Shown here piece after piece: positions 1-12,400 of a stretch of DNA of 64,000 bases. Numbering within the stretch: position 1 is the first letter of the stretch; each line of letters opens with the position of its first letter. Under the pieces are notes generated by a model that was given only the letters and a program-made list of their open reading frames with translations, was not told where the DNA came from and did no database searches. Origin of the DNA: Eutreptiella sp. 'Long Island Sound 2002' (taxonomy: Eukaryota; Protista; Euglenida); contig OZ038378.1 of NCBI GenBank assembly GCA_964036045.1, forward strand, positions 145,762,001-145,826,000, written 5' to 3'. A program made the translations under genes and the position numbers.

Positions 1-1103
1 AACATGCGAAAGCCTCCATTGAATCGCTACAAGGCTGGTTGATTTGGTCTGCGATGTATGTCAACTGCTTTCTACGATGTGACAGTCTGACTGGTCCCCA
101 CCCAACGACCGATCCACGGCGGTGCTTCAATGGTGGTACTCGTGCTAGGGAGTTGCCTCACAGCAACCAGCGGGGTGCTGCCTGTGGCGATGGTCAAAAT
201 TACAAGGGTGGCACTCGTGAAGTTTTTCCGAGTCCGGGATGTCAGAGATTCGTTAGCAGCTCTTGTCCGGTACTGTAGGGCGGGGGCGATGCAGCCCGCT
301 TCTCAAACATAAGAGTGCAAGAGAGCCCCCCCCCTCCCCATATTCAGGTGTGTTTGAAACTAGCACTAGCCACTACCTAGGGCAAGGCCGAAGGAGTGCC
401 ATGCTTGGCAGCCCACAGATGGTGAGCAAATGGTGCTATGCAGTTAGTCGTTGGTCAACGCTTATTGCTCTTTGGCAAGGATTGACTTAGCGTCACCCGA
501 CACATTGTATGTAGCTCACCCGTGGCCACCAGTTGTACACACGTGAAGAAGCGATTTGTGTCAACAACAAGCTTTGCGGCGAATTGGACTTATAGTTTCA
601 AGTATTTATGGCGGGGGCATGCAGTCAATCAGTACGGACTATGGAGCCCCTCAGCTGTGGGGGTGGCGGGGTAATAGCATGAATCCGGCAAGGTGATCTA
701 TGGTTTCACGTTTGGCACCCCTCAAATGGGGCGGTACTGCATTGTTGCCACGGGGACATTGAATCAAAGAGGGAGAACAACAGGGCATCTTTTCTATTTT
801 GGGAGGGGACCTCCCCTGCAGATCTGGTGCTTGCACCGATCACTATAGACTCTGCTGCAATTCTATATACACAACTAGACAGAAGTGGGCTAGAATCAGG
901 TTCCCGAGAGGGTCATACCCATGCACCTACGGCTGCAAGCCGCGTACAGCCTATTGAAGGTGCAGTAGGAGGCCACCCTTTGGTTGACCATTCAGATAGG
1001 TGGTCACATGAAGGCACTGATTTGTTTTCTGGGTACGGACTAGGGCGGCTAGTTTTCGGGCCCCAATTTCAGTTACATGCAAGGAGCCAGCAGTTGTCAT
1101 GCA

Positions 1104-1160
1104 GGGGGTCCTTAAGGAACAATAATTTTTTTTTGTGAAGGACCCTCCTTAAGGACCCCC
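1104..1160. repeat. 57-bp mini inverted-repeat element
   Basis: Perfect 15-bp inverted repeat GGGGGTCCTTAAGGA (1104-1118) / TCCTTAAGGACCCCC (1146-1160) around an AT-rich core. Confidence 0.7.
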
Positions 1161-1280
1161 CGAAAGGGCCTTTTTCCCAGATCCGATGCCGGACAGCCCT
1201 AACCAGGACTGAATATTGGGACCAAGCTGGTGGGGGAAGGAACGGCAGCTACGAGTGTTGAGGGACACGAAGAATGATTC

Positions 1281-1333
1281 ATGCCACTTTCCCCCTGATG
1301 CCACTTTCCCCCTGATGCCACTTTCCCCCTGAT
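1281..1333. repeat. 17-bp tandem repeat x3
   Basis: ATGCCACTTTCCCCCTG repeated three times. Confidence 0.85.
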
Positions 1334-2340
1334 ACCACCCCCGAAGGTGGACTAGAGCGGGTCAAAATGGGCTCAAAACGAGCTCTATTCATCCGTTTCG
1401 GCACCCCAATTGGGCTAGGATCATTTTTGGAAAAAAAGATGTTTTGGACACATTCGCAAACCATTTGTGGGTCCTAAATAGCCCATTCTCAAGGCTGTTT
1501 CGGACTTGAGAGGGGCCAGCATTGCTCAACCTGGGCTCAAAATGGGCTCATTTCACTTGCCTGTGCACCCCTGGACCATTGGGGGTGGTGCACCAAAATG
1601 ACCCTTTCTCCCAGCCATTATACCAAATATGGGGTTTCTTGGGACTCATTTGAACCCTGAAACCATGCTCCATCCAAAGAAACTGGGTTTTCAGATTATT
1701 TCATCGAACACCTTTGAGATATTTTGTGCTTTTGTGGCACTACGGTCCGGTTCCCCGCCAAAATGTGTAAGTGAGATACCAAGCAACTAATGGAATGGCC
1801 TGCACTAAAATGACTGTGTGGCTTTAATTAAAATGAAGAAAAATCTGACTGTCCAGTAGCCAGCTCAGCATTTAGGCGCACAATTGTGTAATTGGGTGGC
1901 ACTTGAAGGGCAACCGATGGCGTTTGGAGGGTAACCGACAGCTGTTTGGGGGGGGGGGGGGGGGGCGACGGCGGTTGGAGGTTTAACGGGCAAAAAAAAA
2001 ACCTGTCCCATATTCAACGCCCTGTGTGGACAAAAGGGAGCCCACGACATGTGCTGGGGATGCAAACAGACCCAACAATTCCAAATTGGCGGCCAGGTAC
2101 CAGCGACGCGGCAAATATGCGATGGAATATGCCGCTTTAGAAGGGCACCTCCGCGATGGAGGACCGCACCGGCCCGGCCCAGGGGTGACTGTGTGTTGGC
2201 AAGAGCTGGTGAACCAAATCATTGGGGACAGTGGAATCAGTTCGATCATACCTGACTACAAATCGCCGGACGGATCGGCAAAGGCATGTGTGTGCATTGG
2301 TATACAGCGTTGAGCTGCTGATGTGATCAATCAACCATCT

Positions 2341-2690
2341 GTACCCCCCCCCCTTTGTATAAGCTACGCCCTTGTCCAAGCTACAGTAGGCGTAGGGACC
2401 GTAATAATTTTGTACGTAATTTAATTACGTACAAAATGTAGTGTGGCCACATAAGACTTGGGTGTGTCGTCACATTTGCCAATTTCAGCACATGAGGCCC
2501 CCTGCTGGTGCACCAGGAATTTTTTTTTTTTAGTCTGATGCATCCCATAGGTCCTGAATTGCCAAGTTCAGCACATGTGGCCTGCGCACGTGTGTTACGC
2601 GCAAGCCACGCCCTTGTCCAAGCTACAGCAGGTGTAGGGACTGTAATAATTGTGTACATTGGCGTAGCTTATACAAGGGGGGGGGGCTAC
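2341..2690. mobile_element. MITE-like element with 30-bp TIRs
   Basis: 2341-2370 (GTACCCCCCCCCCTTTGTATAAGCTACGCC) vs the reverse complement of 2661-2690 differ at 2 of 30 positions; internal ~45-bp direct duplication (~2365-2410 and ~2607-2650). No ORF. Confidence 0.65.
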
Positions 2691-2769
2691 ATCGATGTAT
2701 CCACCTCCCGTGACACCCACCCACCCCCCCTGACTGGGCGCCCCCTCGCGGGTGGTCCTGGGTGGTCCC

Positions 2770-2852
2770 GGACTTGTCCCCCCCTCCTCTGCCCTCCCGT
2801 CCCCTGGACCCCCCCCTCGCCCCACTCGCCACGCCCTCTGTCACTCCGGTAG
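2770..2852 (+). promoter_or_regulatory. polypyrimidine tract plus AG acceptor directly before the ATG (possible trans-splice or cis-splice acceptor)
   Basis: C/T-rich run ends in ...CACTCCGGTAG, immediately followed by ATG at 2853. Confidence 0.5.
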
Positions 2853-3389
2853 ATGTATGGAGCTGCCCGGGGCTGCCTCTGGACGTCCCTCACGGTCCTC
2901 TTCGCATGTGTCATGGGCTGGCTGAACATGATCCGCCCCGGGAAGGCCGGCCCCGCGCCGTTGCACAACGCGGCCCCGGGCCGGGTCCCGTCGCCCCGGC
3001 CCCGCGCGCCGGAGCGCGCGCGCGACCTGCAGTACGTCCCGATGAACTGCTCGCGGCGGCCGCCCCGGCCCTCGTCGTACAGCACCCCGGCGGACCACCC
3101 CCACCTGACCCAGCAGTGCTGCTACTTCCTGCACGGGTACACCAACGAGTTCTTTAACTACTGCAAACCCGGCACCAAAAGTACTCCCCTGAGCAAAGCA
3201 GAACGGGCGCGGGCCGCGGCAAAGGGGCCCGTGGCAACGCCGCAGGGCCCGGAGGGGGAGGACATGGCGAGAATGTACCGGAAGTACGACATCGGCGAGG
3301 CCAAGAAGGCGTGGACGCGACTCCCGGTGGATGGACTGGGGTACACCTCCAGTCACGAGATGCTGCAGTGGAGCGATGCGAAGTTGAAG
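2853..3389 (+). CDS. class I SAM-dependent methyltransferase, exon 1 (N-terminal hydrophobic anchor)
   Basis: GC-rich ORF; hydrophobic segment CLWTSLTVLFACVMGWL; phase-0 donor AAG|GTCTGC at 3389/3390. Confidence 0.7.
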
Positions 3390-3464
3390 GTCTGCGCCCT
3401 GACGGCCAGGGGCCCTCTGATGCAGTCACTCCGCTGCACACACTCAGGGGGAATGGCAGTGATT

Positions 3465-3580
3465 GAGGCGGCATGGCAGTGTGTGAGGGGGTAGGGCAGT
3501 GATTTAGTGAGTGAGGGCGTAGGGCAGTGATTCAGTGAGTGAGGGGGTATGGCAGTGACTGTGGGGCATGGCAGTGATTG
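3465..3580. repeat. intronic ~28-bp tandem repeat
   Basis: GGCAGTGATT(T/C)AGTGAGTGAGGG..GTA units inside intron 1 of the methyltransferase gene. Confidence 0.7.
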
Positions 3581-3656
3581 AGGGGCTCCAGACTTTGTCC
3601 CTCCGCACCCGCACCAACGCCCTCCGTCCTTGCACGTCCTCCGCCGCCCCCTGCAG

Positions 3657-4091
3657 GCCCACATCGACAAGTTCATGACGGCGCGGTTCGGGCCCGGGGG
3701 CCGCGTGGGTTCCGGCCCCATCCACTGCGACCACTGGCACAACGGCGGGAACTTGTGGGTGGAGCACCTCCACAAGCCCCAGTGCACCAAGGGCAAGCAC
3801 ATCTTGGACTACGGCTCCGGGGTCGGCATCGAGTCTCTGGCCCTGGCGCGGCTGGGCAATACGGTCTCCATCGCCGACATCAACGCCGCCAACCTGGACC
3901 TTGTGGAGCGGGTGCTGCGGGTGTCGGGGTACGGCCACGCCCTGCGGCACAAGCTCCTACTCAACGCCAGCTACCCGTACTTCGTGCTGCCGGAGGGGGA
4001 GACTGTCGACGTGTTCTACAGCAACGGCGTCCTGCACCACACGCCGGAGCTGCCGCGCATCCTGCAGCGCGTCAGCCCCATCGTGACGGAG
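3657..4091 (+). CDS. class I SAM-dependent methyltransferase, exon 2 (catalytic core)
   Basis: Acceptor CTGCAG| at 3656; motif I ILDYGSGVG, motif II VSIADIN, and DVFYSNGVLHHTP; donor GAG|GTGTGG at 4091/4092; 145 codons, phase 0. Confidence 0.85.
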
Positions 4092-6444
4092 GTGTGGGGG
4101 TCTTTGGAGCACTTGTGGGGGGTCGGTAGCCAGGCCATGCGGCGCCAGGAGGGCCAGGTCCCCATGGTGCTCACGGAGGTGGGTTCGCAGGGCAGGGCTG
4201 AGCTCTACCGGTACTGTTCCCGCCGCACCGAGCGAGTAGTAGAGGGGCCCCTTGTTCGGGTGCCCTGGGCACCTGTGCGCCACACACTCCGCGGGGTAGA
4301 GTTCGAGTCACGCCCGCGCCATCGCGGGAGGAATGCAGGGTGCGGCCCATGGGGCCCCTGTTTGCGGGTGAAGGGGGTGAGGCCGGGGGCAGGGGGGGGC
4401 GTCTCCGCAATGGACTGCACCCCCCTACCCCCCCCTACAAACGCTGTAGATGCGGGGCCACCCACCGCGGTGCCCATGGGAATGACGGGGGGGGGAGGGG
4501 GGGCAGGGTACGGCCATGGACGCCTCTTACATGTTGCCCGCAGACTGGCCTTGTGCTCGACTCGGAAAAGGGGGAGGAGGAAGGTCACCTCCCCACCCTC
4601 CAGGGACTCGCTTGCAGGCAGGGGAGTAACCCCCCGCCCCCAAGACTCCGGCCCTCGCTCTATCCCAAAGGCGTTCCCGTACCCCAACACCCGCCCTGAT
4701 GACATTGTCAACCGCCAGTAACCGCCCCACAACCGCTTTCACTGTCCCGTGTAACCGCTCTGCAGCTGGTCTGGAATTGCCCCCATAATCCCCCTCCCCC
4801 TCAAGCAAACGTCTGCTTCCCCCCTCCCAGGCTGAATGGGGCCATTCACAGTACGACCACCCTCGGCAGCACAGGCACGCAACATGAGGCACCTCAGGAA
4901 CGCCGCGCTCAATAACCCATGACCAGACACACGAGAGTAACAGGCAAGGAACCACCATAAGATTACACAATGCAATTCTCTGACCCTGTTCAGGGAGGAA
5001 GGGACTGCGCCTGGCACCCAGCCCAAGAGCAGGGCCAAACCGATGTCCAGCACGCCGTCACCGATGCCAGTCAAGTGGACTTAGGGGACCACCCGACAGG
5101 CCTCTAGCAATCACCCGGCACACCACCCGTCAAAATAGAAAAAAGCCATTTTCCCGTTTTCTTTTTGTTTCCCCCCGTTTTCCCCCGTTTGGGGGGGGGT
5201 TTCAGTGTTTTTTTTTAGGTTTTTTTTGAGCCATGAAAGTTCCACATTTCTGAAAATTTTGCATGTTTTTTGTGCAATTTGTTGTGCGCGCATCATCCTA
5301 CTGAACAGGTTCATTAGGTTGCCACTAATCATGCCCATTACGGGGGGGGGGGTATTTCACAGGGTAGAATTTCTGCGTCACAAATTCTGTGCGAAATTTT
5401 TGCGCGCAATTTGTTTGGTGTTTTTAAGGATTTGCACGGGTATACATTAGGCTCTGCCTTTGCCCACTTGTCCACTAGGAAATAACAGCAACTGTGCACT
5501 GTTTCTTGCGACCAATTTTGGGAAGCCTACATAATTTGTTCGCTCATTTTAAGAAATGGCACGGATTTTCTTGCTGCGGAATTTGTAGATTTAAAATTTG
5601 TCAGACACAGAATCCCCCCCCCCCCGCTTGCGGTTGATCTATGTTTGGGAAGGTTTACAATCAAGCGCAGAACATGGAGGAGGGTTGAGGTGGATAACTA
5701 AGGGGACCAAGGCAATGCATGATGATTGGTTGTGGCTCCCCTCAGACAAGGGTTCGTAGAGATCGGGTTGAACCCGATCTCTACAATGTTGTGCAAGTGG
5801 GAACCAAGTACTGTGCATGCGCACACCAGTACCCAACGTCAAATACCCAAGGGTGTGGTGAGGGTTGGGTGAGGGTTGGCGAGAGTGTGGCGAGGGTTGG
5901 TGACCTCGCCCCCTAAACGCAGCGCTGCGAACACTCAATGAGCACCCGGACCAAGCATTTGGAACTGACGAGGCGATGAAGGCCATGTGAAGGCAGGCGC
6001 AGCTGGAGCTCAGTGGTGGGTCCAAACCCGACCTTTGGAGCCCCCTGCCCCCACCCTCTGCAGCCCCCCCCCCCACCCCCTGCCCCCATACAACCAGGCG
6101 TCATGCCAACCGCCCCACCCCCACCCCCGGACACAACCGATGGCCCAACATGCGATAGCTACCCTGGTACAGTGGAAAAGGGAGGGTCCTTGCCCTAACC
6201 CCAGCCATTGGACTCTTGGATAGCACAGGCAGTGAACAGGATCTGGGGCCCTGAACTGCGAGCAATGAAGACCACGGTGGCCGGTGCGGTTGGAGCTAAT
6301 TGCAGTGAAGCAGCCCTGACCCATTCTCCCCCCCCCCCCCAGGGGGTCGTCAAAAACTTCTTCAGGGGGAAAATTGAATCGTGCAAAGGGGAAAGATTTT
6401 CGGGATTCTTTCTTGGTACACAAAGTTTATTTCTTCCCCCCCGT

Positions 6445-6600
6445 TTTTTATTTTTTATTTATTTATTATTCATTCATTCATTCATTCATTCATTCATTCA
6501 TTCATTTAATCAATTATTTATTTATTTATTTGATTATTTCTCTACTGATTTATTCATTTACTTATTGTATTATTATTTATATTTCTATTATTTCTATTGA
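6445..6600. repeat. (ATTC)n/(ATTT)n microsatellite in intron 2
   Basis: Direct reading of sequence. Confidence 0.9.
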
Positions 6601-6727
6601 TTTATATTTTTTCCTCCACAAACTCTCGGAACTCATACCCCCCCCCCTCCAAAAGCAGCCTGCTGCAGGCGCTGTGCCTGTGCTGTGCCCCCCACCCCCT
6701 CCCCCCCTCTCTCACCCTCTCAAACAG

Positions 6728-7021
6728 GAGGTCAGGCTCATGCTCTACAACGAGAAGATGTGGCAGAAGGCGACCGCCAGCCCCGCGCCGCAGTGTGGCG
6801 ACGACATCACACGGCACCCGCGCTTCTACGCGTTCCTGCGGTACTGCGACCCCGTGGGTTGGTACGCGGACTTCTACACCCTCGACAAGGTGAGCGCCGC
6901 CGTGGGCCACGAGTTCACGGTGACGGCGTACCACGACATCGGGCCCCAGGCCGGCTGGATCCACTCGGTGATGACGCTGGTGCCCCGGCGCCTGCAGGGG
7001 GGCCGCCCCGCGTGTGCGTGA
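6728..7021 (+). CDS. class I SAM-dependent methyltransferase, exon 3 (last)
   Basis: Pyrimidine tract then AAACAG|GAG (an alternative NAGNAG acceptor lies 3 nt downstream); in frame with exon 2, continuing ...PIVTE-(E)VRLMLY; GC3-rich codons; TGA at 7019-7021. Confidence 0.75.
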   Translation, partial: EVRLMLYNEKMWQKATASPAPQCGDDITRHPRFYAFLRYCDPVGWYADFYTLDKVSAAVGHEFTVTAYHDIGPQAGWIHSVMTLVPRRLQGGRPACA

Positions 7022-7790
7022 CAAACCACCACGTCGGACTTCACAGAAGTGTCTGGGGGTGAGTATCAGGAGCGGTGCGCGCGCGGTGCACACGCCGTGC
7101 GTGCACTGGGGTTGTTGCGTGGACCGTTTCAGCTGTTTACGTGCTGTTGGCGTCCTATGCTTTTGCCTGTACCTGTCACTGCAGAAGGAACTTGGGCAGT
7201 GTAGCCACATGCAAAATTGGGATTGGTGTGCAATAGTTTGTCATCCTTCATCGTGTTGCTGCACTGGTTGCATGTGAGCTCGCCCCAGGGGGCCCTCACA
7301 CCCTGCCACAACTCTTTCCCCAGCAGGGCAGTGCTTACAAGGGCTTCAAAGGTAGACCATTTCCTAGACAATCTGTTCAAATACCCGACGCGGTGCCCGC
7401 ACGGTGCGTGCGCGGCGCGTGGGCGGTGCGCGCGCGGTGCGTGGACTCCCTTTCGGGATCGAAGTTTGTTTTGCCGATGGAGCGATGGACTGCGCTGCAC
7501 GAAAGATCCAAAGGGGAAGTTCTCGCTCTGGGGGCGTCTCTTTGCTGGTGGTGACTGATGTGGCTGCCCAAGGGCTCGATCTTCCTCAATTGGACCGTGT
7601 GATCGATTGCCGTTTTCCAGACAGACCGAAGCCCTTTGTTGCTCGAGTACGGGGTTGTTGCACGAGCTGGTCGTCGTGGAAGTGCCATCTCGATTCTGGA
7701 TCGTTCTGAACTGCCCCAAGCTCTTGACACGGCTTCGTTCCTTCTGATGGCTCCGGCGCCAACGGCACCTGATTCTGGACACGTTGGAGG
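7010..7790 (+). pseudogene. DBP10: frameshifted DEAD-box helicase (DBP10/DDX54-like) HELICc fragment interrupted by a MITE
   Basis: 7452 onward reads FGIEVCFADGAMDCAARKIQ..VSLLVVTDVAAQGLDLPQLDRVIDCRFPDRPKPFVARV, then a +1 shift gives GVVARAGRRGSAISIL, matching helicase motifs V/VI as in DBP10. 7010-7035 reads VCVTNHHV (cf. ATKHHV). Confidence 0.7.
7056..7450. mobile_element. degenerate MITE with GC-rich subterminal repeats (PIF-like family)
   Basis: GCGGTGCGCGCGCGGTGC motifs at both ends (~7072 and ~7423) and degenerate GAGT/ACTC termini, the same layout as the PIF-like elements at 54989 and 57251. Confidence 0.45.
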
Positions 7791-7993
7791 AGAAGGTGAT
7801 CAGGGACGACAGCCGGCAGTTTCGTCACAGCTGCGTGACCGCCCCGTCCCCCCGGAGATGGGGGTCTGTGGGGCCGGGGCGGGGCCTGCACAGCCTGTGG
7901 TTTTGCCGATCCGCTGTGTGCCTGACATCAGGCTTGGCCCACTGTTTGTAGCCGTTGGTAGCGTGATGCATTGAACACACCATCTTGGACTAA

Positions 7994-8348
7994 GGGGGCG
8001 CCTTAAGCGCAGTGCGCGCGCAGTGCAACTATTTGGGCGTCTGGCCGTACTAGAGACCCATACTTTGAGATACTAGGGGCACCTAGGGGCATCATGGTGA
8101 CCCCTAGCGGAGGTTTTGACTTCTGATTTTTCCACAACATGCTTGTGTGGAGGTTTGCTGTTTTATTTCCAGATTTATAATGCCTCCTGGATGTATTTTG
8201 GATATCACCTAGGTTATGTCGCTAGTGTTGGACTACTGGATTGGTGAGTTTGGGTCACCTAATTCTATGGGCGTTTCCAAGGGGTGTGTCTGGGGGCTCT
8301 TCGGGGGGAACATAGTCTAAAAGTAGCGCGCAGTGCGAGGATTCCCCT
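7994..8348. mobile_element. PIF/Harbinger-like non-autonomous element
   Basis: GGGGG... left end after TAA and ...ATTCCCC right end; 7994-8080 is the reverse complement of ~30895-30984; 8250-8335 is the reverse complement of ~55030-55115. Confidence 0.6.
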
Positions 8349-8715
8349 TGAGGGTTGAACGTGCCGATGGCGGGGGCATTCCGTCACTGAGAACCGGCTG
8401 TTGCTCTCTGTCCTGCACGGCGCCGGGGCCGCCGGGGGCCCAGTGCACGGTGGACAGGGGTCGCGGGAACGGGGCTGAGGGGTTTGGGGAGCGGCGTGTG
8501 GGTCCGCCTGCGACAGACCCGTCGACTGCTGCGCATCGGGACGTTGGGCTTGCGCTGTTCCGGGGGGGGGGGGGGCTGCAGGTTGCGTTCTGCTGCAGGG
8601 CGGCTGCTTACTTGTCGGTGTCCTATCTACAGGCTGCGTGTGATGGGCTGGCCGTTCCTGAATGCCCTGGAGGGTGACCGGACATTGTGCTCCCAAAAGG
8701 CAGACAGAGAGAGAG

Positions 8716-8880
8716 AGGGAGGGAGGGAGGGACGGGGGGAGGGAGGGAGGGAGGGAGGGAGGGAGGGAGGGAGAGGGAGGGAGGGAGGGAGGGAGGGAGG
8801 GAGGGAGGGAGAGGGAGGGAGGGAGGGAGGGAGGGAGGGAGGGAGGGAGGGAGGGAGGGAGGGAGGGAGGGAGGGAGGGA
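8716..8880. repeat. (GGGA)n polypurine microsatellite
   Basis: Direct reading; G-quadruplex/triplex-prone by composition. Confidence 0.95.
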
Positions 8881-9429
8881 GATATTGGCGCACCTGCCGG
8901 TTTGCCTCACGCCTGGACGGTCGGAGAGCGGCCACCGTCATGCGCTAGAGGCCCGCCCGCACCCTGGGTGGCCTCCACACGCGGTGTGGTGGGGCAGCCC
9001 GTCGCATGCTCCGCGGCGCTCCGTGTGCTTCGTCGTGTCGGTGCGTGCCCGTCAGGCACGCCGGGATCCACCGCCGGCGGGCAGCGCCTTGTCCCACCGC
9101 TGTGCTGGTGCCCCCTGGTGCCTCTGGGTGCCGGCTGGGCGGCGTCTTGGGTCTCGTCGGTGATGGGGGCTGGCGCTTCGTTGAGGCGGTGTCTCCTATC
9201 CGGTGTCCCGCGGACTGTCTGTGCCGCCGCGGGTCCTGGGTGCTGCGGTGTGGCTCTTTTGTCGCTTGCTCTGCCGTTTGGTGGCTTGTGGGGTGCTGTT
9301 TGTCCCGTGTTGGACCCCCGTTTGTTACCGGCCCACCCTTCAGGTCACGCTGGTTTAGGGCTGTTGGTGTGCCTTACCTCTCTGTGCCCCGCCCTTGGTC
9401 CCATTCCCCTGTACCTCGCCCGACCTTCT

Positions 9430-12400
9430 TAAGGCACACAATATGCACTGGTTAGGGCTGGTGTCATTGTCAGGGATCCACAACCGCGTTCGGGTCCCAC
9501 GGGACACCATGGGTGATGGCGACTTGTGCGCACACATTGCGGTGTACCACGCGTAGTGGTGTGCTGTCATATATGGTCGCCTCAGCATCCTTGTGGGCTG
9601 GGATAGGAATGCCAGCTGCTGTAGCACGTGGAGCTCGCCCCGTGTCAGGTGCAAACTGCATACCATACAGAGGCACTCCAGACTTGGCAGAGGCCTGGGT
9701 GCCTGTAGTGGCAAAACAGAGGCGGCTGAGAGCCAAAACTGACTCCAGGGCACTGATCGCAGGACCAGGCTGAGTATTAAGCTATGCACCACAGACATCA
9801 TGGGGGCCCCCATGGCGTCCTGGTGGAGCATCATCCCGTGAGGTACTGTTTGACGGATGGGGGCTTGCCATCGGAGCGGGCGTCCCGCCAGGCTCTTTGG
9901 TAGTCGCTGAAGGAGGCCATGCAGGTGCTGTCTGGGACGTTGCGTGGTGTGGGTGCTCAGGAGGGCCTGCATCATATATTGGCGGTCGCCTGGTTGGAGT
10001 AAGCCTGTGTGGCCGCTTGGGCTTGAAGTGTGCCATAGGCCTGTGAGGGACACAATCTCTGCGGTGTGCACACCCGCTGGGACGGTTGGGACGTCGACGC
10101 CGAGCCGCACCCCGAACACTGCTGCAGACCGTCTGGGATGTTGCGCGGTGGAGGTACGCTTTCGCCAGGTTGTGCGCTCCTCGATTGAGAGCCGCCAGTG
10201 GGTCCTCATGCCCTATGTCGTGCTGTGCGCGAGTCCAGAGCTCCCTGAAGCGAAGGTGTGCGCAGGCTGCCATCACGAACTTGAAGTAGTGGGCGATTAC
10301 CGTCTGCGGCCGAGGGCCCCGCGTAAAACAATGTGTGCACCTGGCTGCCTTGTCGGTCACCAGGATGACATGGCCACTCCAGTTGGCCAACTGATACAGC
10401 GGCACAAGGCGTGCCAGCCACTCACCTTCGTCCGATGAGGGCCGGAAAACGCGCAGAGCAAACTGCAACGTTAGGAGCTCGCCGTGGAGGGGGTGCCAGA
10501 AGGTGGCTGCGGCGGCAACTTGGTTGGCATGTATGGCCGTGTCATATGCCATATACACCACAGGTAGATGGGCCAGGCTTTGTGGATTCTCATTCACGGA
10601 CATGGGGTGCTGTCAATGTGGGCCCTGGCACTGCGTGTAGCTGGAAGCCGTGGGGTTCGAGTTGCTGCAAAATGGCCAGCCTGTCAGACAGGGGACTTCT
10701 ATCGTGCAGCAGAAACTGGGCCGCTGCCTGCGCCTGGGAATGCCGCAAGAGCGTCGCCCGGAGCATGGTGGACATCAACTGGGTGGCATTGCGCTGGTGT
10801 AGGTGGGGGCACCCTGCGCCACCCGCCGTCGGCGGTTGGTATAGGTACCATAATGGCGTCCACTTGGGTGGCTTGAAGGTGCGCCAGTAGTGCCTGGCGC
10901 TTAAGACCTGGCCCCTGCGAGGGCTTTGGGGGGGAGGTACGCGCCGTGTGTGATGTAGTCCAGTGCCGAGAGGGCGTAGGCTGCAAAGGCGCGTGTACGA
11001 AGGGTGGGGTTCATCCGCTTCTCTCGGTGGAGGCGCGCGACCGTTTTTCGAAACGTAGCGAGCGTTTTGTGGGGGCTACCAGCCGGCGTAGGGAGGGGGC
11101 CAGGAAGATGCGGTCGTCACTAAAGCTTGCCCGAATGCAGGGCAGAGGACCACCCATGCTCGGGACATGGACCACCCCCCCATTGTGAATCTTTTATTTG
11201 CATTTTTGGGCCACTTACCAATTTGGGTCATTTTGGTAAGTTGCCCTAAAACAGTCGGCCCAGTTGCATCTCAAGAGGCCCCGCCCCCCCTTTGAGAAAC
11301 GTTTATTTCGTTTTTGGGCCACTTACCAATTTGGGTCATTTTGGTAAGTGGCCCTGAAACGCAATAAAACCTTGCTGGAACACCTACATCCCTAACGGTC
11401 GGCCCGGTTGCATCTCAAGAGGCCCCACCCCCCCTTTGGAAAACTTTTATTGCGTTTTTGGGCCACTTACAGATTTGGGTCATTTTGGTAAGTGGCCCTA
11501 AAACGCAATAAAACCTTGCCGGAACTCTTACAACCCTAACGGTGAGCCCAATTGCATCTAAAGAGGCCCCACCACCCCTTTGGCAGTCTTTTATTGCGTT
11601 TTTGGGCCACTTACCAATTTTGGTCATTTTGGTAAGTCGCCCTAAAAAGCAATGTAACCTTGCTGCAACCGCTACATCCCTAACAGTCGGCCCAATTGCA
11701 TCACAAGAGGCCCCACCACCCCTTTGGGAGTCTTTTATTGCGATTTTGGGCCACTTGGCAATTTTGGTCATTTTGGCAAGTTGCCCTAAAAAGCAATAAA
11801 GCGTTGCTGGAACCCCTACATCCCTAACGGTCAGCCCACTTGCATCTCAAGAGGCCCCACCCCCCTTTGGGAAACTTTTGTTGCATTTTTGGGCCACTTA
11901 CCAATTTGGGTCATTTTGGTAAGTGGCCCTAAAACATAATAAAACCTTGCCGGAACCACTACATCCCTAACGGCCGGCCCAATAGCATCTCAAGAGGCCC
12001 CACCCCTCCTTTGGGAATGTTTTATTGCGTTTTTGGGGCACTTACCAATTTGGGTCATTTTTGTAAGTGGCCCTAAAACACAATAAAACCTTGCCGGAAC
12101 CCATACATCCCTAACGGTCGGCCCAATTGCATCTCAAGAGGCCCCACCCCCCCTTTGGGAATCTTTTATTGCGTTTTTGGGCCACTTACCAATTTGGGTC
12201 ATTTTGATAAATGGCACTGAAACGCAATGAAACCTGCTGCAACCTCTACATAAAACCTTGCTGGAACCCTTACAACCCTAACGGTGAGCCCAATTCCATA
12301 TCAAGAGGCCCCACCACCCCTTTGGCAGTCTTCCATTGCGTTTTTGGGCCACTTACCAATTTTGGTCATTTTGGTAAGTCGCCCTAAAAAACAATTAAAC

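Noticed and set aside
2026-2313. Ankyrin-like KYAMEYAALEGHL motif
   Set aside because: Single weak match, no second repeat and no splice support.
3630-4721. 363-aa ORF as a single-exon gene
   Set aside because: Methyltransferase similarity and codon bias stop at the GT donor at 4092; the remainder is intronic repeat.
8484-8948. ORFs with GREG or LPPS repeats
   Set aside because: Translations of the (GGGA)n microsatellite.
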